This document shows positions 37,048-45,892 of a stretch of 64,000 nt of DNA, piece after piece (the first letter of the stretch is position 1; every line of letters starts with the position of its first letter). Under the pieces are notes generated by a model, which saw only the letters and a program-made list of their open reading frames with translations, made no database searches and was not told the origin of the DNA. Position numbers and translations under genes: made by a program. This DNA is from a virus (taxonomy: Duplodnaviria; Caudoviricetes): IMG/VR virus record IMGVR_UViG_3300028591_005933, positions 1,471-65,470 of that record; one strand, 5' to 3'.

Positions 37048-40000
37048 ATGCTATTTGAGTCTATAGAAAGAATACAAGAAAATACATTGGATGAATTTAT
37101 TTCAGATGGACATTATGAACCATATACAGGTATTGTATTAGATAAAACACATAATCAATTTAAGATTGTTTCTGGTCAATTTACAGATAAAAAAGACTTT
37201 TACACTAAAATGTCTAAAAAAGGTCTTATTTTACGTAAGTGTTTTGAAAAGAAAGTTTGGGACTGGATGGAAAAAAATGCTCCAGATAATGTTATTGCAT
37301 ATTTAATGTTTAGTACTGCTTTTTCTAAGTGGCGTAATAATAATATTTTAGCTGATTATTACGTAAAATTATTAAATGATATTCCTCAACTTAATCGCGA
37401 ACGTGATAAAGGTAATCCAAATACAAAAGGTAAAGCTACTAAACCTTGGGGAGAATCTATAAATATTAAAAAAGAATTAAAAACTTTATTAGAAGATATA
37501 GAAAATAATTCTTTTTTTGATGCAGATGCAGAGGATTTTGAAGATATTTTAACAAAAGAAAAAGCAGAGGCTTATTTAAATACTTCTGGCGATTTTGTAA
37601 AAATTACTTTATATCCTACGTTAAATGGGGCTTCTGTAGATAAAGATGCTACAGAAACATATGTAACTTATAAAAGACCAAATGAACTACCAAATGGTGA
37701 AAGCCAAGAAGCAATTCCTGGACCAAAAACTAAAACAAAAATAAAAGTATTTCCTTCCGGGTATTTGACAGATTCTGAAGAAGATAGAAAAGCTTTAATA
37801 GATACTCCTTATATAAATAAACTATTATATGATAGTTTTGTTAATGAATGGTATCCTGGTGGTAAGGGTTTAAAAAATATTTATTATGACAAATCAACTG
37901 GTCAAACTTACGATGGTATAGCCGTACAAATAGGTAATGATAAAGCAAATTTAATTCATTTTACTCAAAATGAATTGGAAGCTATTAAGCCAGAAAAATT
38001 AGATAATAAAGAATATGATTATGGTAAGGTTAGTACAGTTTCAGATAATTTAAAAGAAAGATATAATGCTGCTTCTAATTTACTTAATTTATTAAACACA
38101 AAAGATAAATTAAAAGAAAGATTAGCAGTATATAAAGATATTTTCGGTTCTGATCAAACTGATCTTGAAAAGTCTAGATTAACTAAAACTTTACATATGG
38201 CTTTGAAGGATCCAGATAATGAAGCTATATATACATATGGTACTTTAAATGCACAAGATAAGGAAGAAGCAAAAAGAAAATTAATAGCTATTTCTAAAGA
38301 ATTACAATATAAAGTTAATGAATATACAAATGAATTAAATGATTTTGCTTTAAATTTTTCTGATACTGATAATAATTCTGGAATAGAAAGTGATGAGGTT
38401 AAGGACAAAAAAGAAGAATTTAGTGAAATAAATGAGACATTAAATGAATATAAAGCAGCATTAACTAAAATTAAAACACTTTTAGGAAATTTTGATAATA
38501 GTAGTATAAATTTTAAAGATTTTTTTGCAAAAATTAATGATCTTAAAGAGTTATTTAAATTAAATATTAGATTTATAGAAGATGATATAAAAGATATCGA
38601 TAGAGAATTAGTTACCAATAAATCTTTTAAAGAATTTTCAACGAACGGTAATAATACTTTTAGTAAAAATTATATTAATAAGTGTAAGAATTTATTAAAA
38701 TATCAAGTAGTAAATCAAAATTTAGGGGCAAAGCCATATATATTTGGAAAAACTGATTTGCTTGATTATTATCAGATTGAAGATAAAATGAGTTTATATA
38801 AAATAATGCAACTTATTTTATCAAATCCAGATAATGAAGCGAATATTAAATTATTTATGGAAAACAAAGATAAATTTTCAAAAGATTTTGTATCTTATGT
38901 TGAAGATGCTATTGGCATAGGAGATGAAGAATTTTCAAGTGAAGTTTCAGACGCTTTACGTGAGGCTCTTACTGATGATTTAAATGCAAACATTAAGGCA
39001 TTAAACCTTAAAGAAAATGAATTATATACAACTAATTTAGATTCTTATGAAATTAAAGACAATTTAAAATTTTATGAGAAGTTAGAAAATTTTTATAACA
39101 ACTTAGTATATTCAGATATAGATAATAGTTTAAATGAGTTTTATGCTAATAATAAATTAAATAGAGATGAGCATGAATTTTTAAATAATTTAGCAAATGA
39201 ATTAAAATCGAAATATATTAAATTTAAGAAAAATGCAGTAAAAAATACTTCTTCTGAAGAAGAAGCTACTAGTCAAGCTAATGAAAAATTAAAGGAAGAA
39301 GTTACAAAATTAAAAGAAATACTTGCTAAAAGTAAAGTTGCATTAGAAAGTTATGCACAAAATACTAAAATGCGTAAGGAAATAAAAAATAAAATGCAGG
39401 CTTTAAATATAGACGGTAGAATTAGATCTAGTTATTCTGACTATACAAATTTAAATGATGAAGATACAATTTCTACTACAAAAGAAACTTCTTTTCTTAA
39501 TATGCTAACAGAATTAAGTATGCTTTATAAATTAGCTACAGCTTTAGGCATAATGCAATATAAAGATGAAAATGTAAAAAATAAAGAAATATATAAAGAA
39601 TTACTTACTACTATTTCTGATATTAATACAAAATATGAGCAAACAAATAACTATAAAGAATTATTTAAATTATATGATAATAGAGGTTCAATTTTATTTA
39701 AATGTTTAGATGATAGCAAATATTCTGAAAATCCAGTTATACAAAATATTATTAATTATATTTATGAAGCTTTAAATAATAGTAAATCTTTACAAGGTGA
39801 AGCTGAGTATTTGAATACAAAATTAACAAATATGTTAGATAGAGGCGAAAAAGTACAATCAAATTTAGAAAGAAAACATAGAATAAATGATATAAAAAAC
39901 TTTAATCAAATTACTGGTTTGAAATTTTCTGATAAATTAACAAAAGAACAGTTAGAAGAAGCCTTGTTAAAAGTAAAACAAGCTATTTTTAGCATAACAA

Positions 40001-41514
40001 AAGAAAATAAAGGTAATTTTAATCGTTATTATAATATAGCAGATATTGCTTTTGATAAAAGAATTGAACAGTTAGATAAATATAAAAAAGCAGCTCAAGT
40101 TATAGCAAATGAGTTGGAACGTAAAACTGGGGATAAAGTTAATTATAGTAAAGATTTAAATGATATTTATGATGCTGTTAATAACTATAAAAATAATTAT
40201 TCAGATGATATTTCTTTACATAAAGTAATAGTTGGTACGATTGAAAAAATTATAAAGAAAAAAGGATTAAAAGTTTTTCCATTTAATATTTATAAAGTAG
40301 TATCAAGCTTTTATGATTCATTTAAAGAAATAAATACGAATGAAGAAAGAGAAGCTATTAAATCAGATTATATTAAAAACATTGATAAATTTATTAATGA
40401 TTTTGTAGAATTTTATAATAAGTTTATTAAAAATATAAGTTTTCGTGATTATGTTTACAATTGTTATGAATTTACAAAAGAGAAAAAATATGATGATATA
40501 TTAACGTATTTATTTAATTCTGAAAAAGCTAAAAAATCTGATAATGAAGATAATACTAACACTGATACTAATAATACAGAGAAAAAACCTGAAATTGATG
40601 AAAAAGTTTTAAATAGTGTTAAAAATGATTATAATGCATTTAGAAGTATTACTCTTAGTTTTGCAGATTTTGATAATGTTAAAGCAGCTTTTGAAAGAAA
40701 AAAGAATGCATTGAAAAATATTTATAATACAATTAAACCAACTACTGAATCTTCTGAAGATTTTTCAGAGAGTTTTGTTAATGATGGTGTTTATGCCACT
40801 TATATGCGCATGCCTTCGGGTGAAAGTTATAAACCGACTATAGAAGAAGGTTTTACTCATTCTAATTTAGCTAAAGAATTATTTGAAAATGATAAATTAA
40901 AGCCAGAAATAAAAACATGTATGCTTAAAATAGCTAAAATGTTTGCTACCAAGCTAGATATTTCACTTAAACCAATTGATGTATATTTTACTGGTAGTTA
41001 TGCTAATTATAATTATAATGATAAAAGCGATATTGATTTACATTTAGTTTATAATTTTGAGGAAGCTGGTATTAATTCAAATTTATTGATTAAATATTTA
41101 AATACATCTAAAAAATTATTTAATGATAAATACAATATTAAGATTAAAAATATTCCAGTTGAAGTTGGATGTGAAAATATAAATGAACCATTAATAACAA
41201 CTGGTGTATATTCATTGAGATATGATAAGTGGATAAAAAAATCTGAGAATGCAGGTTTAGAAATACCTGATGCAGATGAAAATAAAGTTAATGATTTTAA
41301 AAATTTTATAGATAATGCAATAAAATCAAATAATTCTAAAAATATAGATAAAGTAAAAGATAAATTATATTCTTTACGTAAAAATAGTTTAGCTTCTGAA
41401 GGTGAATTTGGAATGGGTAATCTTGTATTTAAAAATTTAAGGAATTCAGATTATATTTCTAAATTAAAAGATGCTTATTATGATGTTTTAAGTAAAGAAT
41501 TATCAATGAAATAG
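37048..41514 (+). CDS. Giant (~1490 aa) probable virion protein with C-terminal Pol-beta-family nucleotidyltransferase domain
   Basis: C-terminal VYFTGSYANYNYNDKSDIDLHLV (hGS...DxD), IPVEV, GEFGMGNLVFKNLRNSDY. ATG at 37048 follows GGAG; GTTCTA motif at 37012. Confidence 0.75.
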   Translation: MLFESIERIQENTLDEFISDGHYEPYTGIVLDKTHNQFKIVSGQFTDKKDFYTKMSKKGLILRKCFEKKVWDWMEKNAPDNVIAYLMFSTAFSKWRNNNILADYYVKLLNDIPQLNRERDKGNPNTKGKATKPWGESINIKKELKTLLEDIENNSFFDADAEDFEDILTKEKAEAYLNTSGDFVKITLYPTLNGASVDKDATETYVTYKRPNELPNGESQEAIPGPKTKTKIKVFPSGYLTDSEEDRKALIDTPYINKLLYDSFVNEWYPGGKGLKNIYYDKSTGQTYDGIAVQIGNDKANLIHFTQNELEAIKPEKLDNKEYDYGKVSTVSDNLKERYNAASNLLNLLNTKDKLKERLAVYKDIFGSDQTDLEKSRLTKTLHMALKDPDNEAIYTYGTLNAQDKEEAKRKLIAISKELQYKVNEYTNELNDFALNFSDTDNNSGIESDEVKDKKEEFSEINETLNEYKAALTKIKTLLGNFDNSSINFKDFFAKINDLKELFKLNIRFIEDDIKDIDRELVTNKSFKEFSTNGNNTFSKNYINKCKNLLKYQVVNQNLGAKPYIFGKTDLLDYYQIEDKMSLYKIMQLILSNPDNEANIKLFMENKDKFSKDFVSYVEDAIGIGDEEFSSEVSDALREALTDDLNANIKALNLKENELYTTNLDSYEIKDNLKFYEKLENFYNNLVYSDIDNSLNEFYANNKLNRDEHEFLNNLANELKSKYIKFKKNAVKNTSSEEEATSQANEKLKEEVTKLKEILAKSKVALESYAQNTKMRKEIKNKMQALNIDGRIRSSYSDYTNLNDEDTISTTKETSFLNMLTELSMLYKLATALGIMQYKDENVKNKEIYKELLTTISDINTKYEQTNNYKELFKLYDNRGSILFKCLDDSKYSENPVIQNIINYIYEALNNSKSLQGEAEYLNTKLTNMLDRGEKVQSNLERKHRINDIKNFNQITGLKFSDKLTKEQLEEALLKVKQAIFSITKENKGNFNRYYNIADIAFDKRIEQLDKYKKAAQVIANELERKTGDKVNYSKDLNDIYDAVNNYKNNYSDDISLHKVIVGTIEKIIKKKGLKVFPFNIYKVVSSFYDSFKEINTNEEREAIKSDYIKNIDKFINDFVEFYNKFIKNISFRDYVYNCYEFTKEKKYDDILTYLFNSEKAKKSDNEDNTNTDTNNTEKKPEIDEKVLNSVKNDYNAFRSITLSFADFDNVKAAFERKKNALKNIYNTIKPTTESSEDFSESFVNDGVYATYMRMPSGESYKPTIEEGFTHSNLAKELFENDKLKPEIKTCMLKIAKMFATKLDISLKPIDVYFTGSYANYNYNDKSDIDLHLVYNFEEAGINSNLLIKYLNTSKKLFNDKYNIKIKNIPVEVGCENINEPLITTGVYSLRYDKWIKKSENAGLEIPDADENKVNDFKNFIDNAIKSNNSKNIDKVKDKLYSLRKNSLASEGEFGMGNLVFKNLRNSDYISKLKDAYYDVLSKELSMK

Positions 41515-41525
41515 GATAGGATGAT

Positions 41526-44342
41526 ATGAAAGGTATAACATACGAAGAATTAAATGATGAAGCTCAAAGAATTTATCAAGAATTCTTAAAAAATAATAGT
41601 ACTCCACAAAAAAGAGATAAGGATAATAAACTTATAGCGAAATCTACAAATGAAAAAATTGAAGATTTACAGAAAGCTAAAAAAGCATTGAGTACTTATA
41701 TTGGTAAATTGACGAGAGTCGATGATGAGGATAATCCTGATCCTAGAAAAAAAGAAGTAAATGATATTATAGCTAAAATTTTAAATCTTTCAGTATCTCA
41801 TGGTGACAATTATAAAAATACAGAAGAATGGGCAAAATTAAATAAAAGAAAGAGTGATCTTTTTGATGAGATTGTACCAGACTATAAGAATGCATATGAT
41901 GCTTTTGATTCAGAAATACAATCCTTAAAAAAAGATCAGGATGTTAAGTTTAATGTACAAAATAATGCTGAACATATTAGTGATAACAATCTTAGAAAAA
42001 AAGAATATGAAGAATATAAAGCTTTGGCTATAAAACAAAAAGAATTAGGTGAAGAAATTGAAAATTCATATTTAAATGAAGATGGATCTTTGTTATCTAA
42101 ACCAGAAAATGAAAATGCTTCATTGTTTTTAAAAAATTTATTTTCTGCAGTAGATAAATATTCAAAAGCAATTGATCATTTAAATGAAAAGTTAAATGTT
42201 AAAGGCCTAGATATTAGTACAGATTCTGCTATTAAAGAAGAAAAAATACAAAATATTATTTCAGCTGGTATTAATGCTGCAAAAAATTCACTTTTTTCAA
42301 ATCTTAAAGAAAAATTAAAAAATGATAAGCCAATAACCGAAAAAGATTTAACTGAATTTGATAAAATTTTAGTTGAAGCTATTCCTACAATGGGTAGTAG
42401 TGAAGTTATAGATTCTATAGATAAATTAGTAGCTGATACAAAAGCAAAAGAAGAGACAATAACAAATAAGAAAAAAGAAATCGCTGATTATGAACAGCAA
42501 TTAGAAAGAATAAATAATCCTCAATCAGAAGAAGATACAGAATTAAGTAAAAATAAAGATCAAATTCAAGAAAAATTAGATAAAGCAAAAGAAGAATTAT
42601 CTAACGCTCAAGAAATTTATGATAGAAGAAATAAATATAATAAAGTATGCTTTCGTGTTTTTGAATTACGTGATGCTTTAAATGATTTGATAAATGCTCC
42701 AAATCCAGCAGAAATTGCAGAAGGTAAGTCTGAAAAAAGTAGAAAAGAAATTATTTTAGAGATGTTAAATGATAAGAAACTTTCAAGACCTTTGGCTTTA
42801 GAAAGAGTTCAATTGCTTTTAGCACAAGAAGATAATGATAATGAATTAGGAACAGCTCAAACTAAAATAGATAATAAAACACCAGGTTCAAAATTATATG
42901 ATAGAATGGATGATATTAGTTTTAATACTACGCTTGATACATTTGATGCTGAAAAATGGGAAGTATTATTTCAAAATGGTATTCATCCAGACTTAGAAAA
43001 TGGTAATATTCCAATTAGGGCTAATATTAATGGTAATAATATAGTATTTTTCTTAACTGGTGTTAGTAGTGATAAAACAAACGCTTTAATTACTCCTTTA
43101 TATATAAAGCGAGTTGTTACAAATGATAATATTTTTAATTTTGTTGAATATGATAATGAAATTGCATTACCTATAAAAGAATTTAGTAAAATTTGGAGAT
43201 TTAGTCCAGAGAATGAGGCTTGGAGAAATTATTTTTATTCAAAAGATCCTATGAGAAAAATAAATGAAAATAATTGGAAAGGCTATTTAGATAAAATTAA
43301 AAATGCTTTGAAAAATAGATATCCATTATGGCTAGAACAAAGTAAAGAAACAATAAAGCCTTATTTAAATATATTAAAGAAAAAGCAAGGTTCAAAATAT
43401 AATGAAAATCTAGCTTATAAAAAAATATATAAAGATTTTAAACGTATATATTTACCAGCTTATATAAATAATGAAGAAATAATGTCTTTAAGTAGGTATA
43501 ATTTACCAGTTTATATTGAATGGTTAATATCTAGAGAAAATAAAAAGGTAAATGAGAGTGTAGAAAATATTAGTAAATGGCGTAGTTTAATTGAAAAAGC
43601 TTCCGATCGAGATGGATATATTCATTCGATGCGTATTAGTAATTATTATGCTCCTGGACGTGTTAAAATGGCTTTATATAAAGCTGGAGTATCTGAAAAT
43701 TGTTGTATAATTCCATTTACTCACAACGGAGTAAAGAAGATAGTTACAGAAGTTGTAGGAGATTTAAGTCAACCAGATAGTTATGTTGTTTTAAATAATG
43801 TAGATGAAGATGGAAAACCTATTTTAAAAGGTGAAGGTAGTTCACAATATAAACTAATGGGTAAAACTAAAAACGGTGAAGAAACAACAATTCAAGGTTT
43901 AGCTAATATCTTACGTAATTGTCCAGAAAAAAATTCATTTATACCAAATATGCCAGTAGATATTTGGGAGGCTTCTAAAACCCCAGCCACTTGGAATAAT
44001 ATTAGAAAATTAGATAAAAGAGGTGAATATATTGATCTTTCACATGATGTTATGGAAGAGGCATTGCGAGATTATGAGCAAAATAATCCAAATAATATTG
44101 AAGCGGCTGGTTTAGTTCAAGAGTATGATGAGACTATTAAAGATAGTAGTGGTACTCGTCCAGTTTCTGAACGCCTCAAAAGAGTAGTAAAAGAGATAGC
44201 AAAAGAGGCTAATGTGGTATTAAGAAAAACAAAAGAGGGTAGACATTATCAAATTTTTTCACCATATGAAGGATATACTCAAAAAGATAAACCAAATTTC
44301 AATAATAGAGCAAATTTTAAAAAGATTAGTAATATTGGATAA
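41526..44342 (+). CDS. Large (938 aa) hypothetical, probable internal virion protein
   Basis: Coiled-coil N-terminal half, VNES motif, located in the head module. Confidence 0.55.
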   Translation: MKGITYEELNDEAQRIYQEFLKNNSTPQKRDKDNKLIAKSTNEKIEDLQKAKKALSTYIGKLTRVDDEDNPDPRKKEVNDIIAKILNLSVSHGDNYKNTEEWAKLNKRKSDLFDEIVPDYKNAYDAFDSEIQSLKKDQDVKFNVQNNAEHISDNNLRKKEYEEYKALAIKQKELGEEIENSYLNEDGSLLSKPENENASLFLKNLFSAVDKYSKAIDHLNEKLNVKGLDISTDSAIKEEKIQNIISAGINAAKNSLFSNLKEKLKNDKPITEKDLTEFDKILVEAIPTMGSSEVIDSIDKLVADTKAKEETITNKKKEIADYEQQLERINNPQSEEDTELSKNKDQIQEKLDKAKEELSNAQEIYDRRNKYNKVCFRVFELRDALNDLINAPNPAEIAEGKSEKSRKEIILEMLNDKKLSRPLALERVQLLLAQEDNDNELGTAQTKIDNKTPGSKLYDRMDDISFNTTLDTFDAEKWEVLFQNGIHPDLENGNIPIRANINGNNIVFFLTGVSSDKTNALITPLYIKRVVTNDNIFNFVEYDNEIALPIKEFSKIWRFSPENEAWRNYFYSKDPMRKINENNWKGYLDKIKNALKNRYPLWLEQSKETIKPYLNILKKKQGSKYNENLAYKKIYKDFKRIYLPAYINNEEIMSLSRYNLPVYIEWLISRENKKVNESVENISKWRSLIEKASDRDGYIHSMRISNYYAPGRVKMALYKAGVSENCCIIPFTHNGVKKIVTEVVGDLSQPDSYVVLNNVDEDGKPILKGEGSSQYKLMGKTKNGEETTIQGLANILRNCPEKNSFIPNMPVDIWEASKTPATWNNIRKLDKRGEYIDLSHDVMEEALRDYEQNNPNNIEAAGLVQEYDETIKDSSGTRPVSERLKRVVKEIAKEANVVLRKTKEGRHYQIFSPYEGYTQKDKPNFNNRANFKKISNIG

Positions 44343-44345
44343 AGT

Positions 44346-44981
44346 ATGTCTAAGTTTAGAAAAATAGTAGAAGAAATCTTAGATGAAAAAGAATTCATTA
44401 ATGATTCTTTTTTAGATGAAGATAAAAAATATAAATCTAAGAAAAAGTTTGATAAAGATTCTGGCTATAATGTTAGTAAAGATGAAGAATATTATCTTAA
44501 TCTATTAAAGAAAAAATGGCCAGATGTTAAGCCATCTTATACAGATGATAGATTTGTAAATCCAGAAACACATAGACATTTTCAGATTGATTTTTATATA
44601 CCTTCTAAAGATTGGGCTATTAACTTAGATAAAATTATTACACATGGTAGACGTCCATATAATCCAGATGATCCAAACTGTCAAGAGGATGTTAAATGGT
44701 TAAAGTCAATGGCTAAACCAGGTAATTATTATGAGCGTATGTTAAAGCAATGGACAATTACTGATCCAATTAAGCGTAAGGTTGCAAAAGAAAATGGGTT
44801 ACGATTAATTGAAATATTTAATATGGATGAATTTAATAAATGGTATGAAAATCCAGAATTGACATATGAAGAATATAAGTATCCTCCAAAGTCTATGCAA
44901 TATGATTCAGATGAGTATTTTGCTCAAAAAGATAGAGGTAGAGATATTTATGGCGTAGATTCAGATCCATATGCCCCATAG
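44346..44981 (+). CDS. PD-(D/E)XK/Vsr-like endonuclease-fold protein
   Basis: FQIDFYIPSKDWAINLD..ITHG...KRKVAKENGLRLIEIF resembles the DFYIP..L.IE.NG..THG family; expected Glu is Asn here. Confidence 0.55.
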   Translation: MSKFRKIVEEILDEKEFINDSFLDEDKKYKSKKKFDKDSGYNVSKDEEYYLNLLKKKWPDVKPSYTDDRFVNPETHRHFQIDFYIPSKDWAINLDKIITHGRRPYNPDDPNCQEDVKWLKSMAKPGNYYERMLKQWTITDPIKRKVAKENGLRLIEIFNMDEFNKWYENPELTYEEYKYPPKSMQYDSDEYFAQKDRGRDIYGVDSDPYAP

Positions 44982-44993
44982 GAGTTATAATAA

Positions 44994-45788
44994 ATGGCAA
45001 ATTTTATACAAATGCAAAAAATAATTGATGCAGCAATAGCTTTAGATTTAGCAAATCCTAATTTTGCTATTTCTTCAAAAGAAGCATTATTAAAAGATGC
45101 GGCTATTATGCTTGGTTGTATGGATTATTATAGAAGTTTTCCATTAAGAGTTTTATATTGTACTACATATAATTCTGCTGGTGGTGGTAAAAGTACATTT
45201 AATTGGGCAGGTTTAACAGCTCCTTTATTAGATAATGGAGCAATGTATATTCCATTTGATACGTTTTTACAAGGTGGTAGACCAAGTATACCAACAGAAC
45301 AGTTAGATCATGCACACTTTTTGGGTGTTATTAGAATAGAAAGACCTTATTGGAGTAACTATTCAAATCCATCTATGTGGGAAAAACAAATGTTTGGTTT
45401 TCAAGTAAGTAATACAACATTTGATATAACATCTACTTTATTAGGTAATACTTATGATGAATTAGCAACTGGTCAGCCAAAATGTTGGATTAACAGAACA
45501 CAAAATAGATTAGAAGTTATGCCACCTTGGGGTTTTGGGCAAATAGTTATAGATGCGGCTATTGGTTTTGATAGTCCAGAATATGTTGAGATGAGTAAAG
45601 CTGATTATTTATGTAAATTTATATCAAAACGTTTTATAGAAAGTATTATTCAAGCTAGAGATGGTGTTGAATTTGAAGGTGATTTTAAAATACATACAGA
45701 AGCCTTACAAAAGCGTTTGGAAAAACTTACTGAAGAAGTAGCAAGTATTCAAAATCATAGTATTTTACATCAAGCTCAGTGGTCATAG
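44994..45788 (+). CDS. Probable neck/head-completion protein (gp13-like)
   Basis: Position before the protease; helical IIDAAI...MDYYRSFP N-terminus, beta middle, helical C-terminus; family call tentative. Confidence 0.4.
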   Translation: MANFIQMQKIIDAAIALDLANPNFAISSKEALLKDAAIMLGCMDYYRSFPLRVLYCTTYNSAGGGKSTFNWAGLTAPLLDNGAMYIPFDTFLQGGRPSIPTEQLDHAHFLGVIRIERPYWSNYSNPSMWEKQMFGFQVSNTTFDITSTLLGNTYDELATGQPKCWINRTQNRLEVMPPWGFGQIVIDAAIGFDSPEYVEMSKADYLCKFISKRFIESIIQARDGVEFEGDFKIHTEALQKRLEKLTEEVASIQNHSILHQAQWS

Positions 45789-45842
45789 TTCAGTTAAAAT
45801 TAGTATAAATCTATTGTTTGAATTATAATGTTTTATAGCTTA

Positions 45843-45848
45843 GTTCTA
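45843..45848 (+). promoter_or_regulatory. GTTCTA putative late-promoter motif upstream of the prohead protease
   Basis: GTTCTATAATA in the intergenic gap, 45 nt before the ATG. Confidence 0.55.
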
Positions 45849-45892
45849 TAATATAAATTGAATATTCATTTATATTTTTTTAGGATTGATCC

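Noticed and set aside
38154-38618. Antisense ORFs from the track (e.g. 1251-1460, 2704-2964, 6944-7126, 7964-8161, 14931-15137, 18444-18638, 19671-19958, 22563-23102, 27079-27624, 38154-38618, 46612-46884, 48921-49391, 51889-52263, 54148-54420, 58124-58670, 61353-61547, 62115-62315)
   Set aside because: They lie antisense to, or in alternate frames of, well-supported genes and have the S/F/L/I-rich composition typical of shadow ORFs, with no RBS or motifs.
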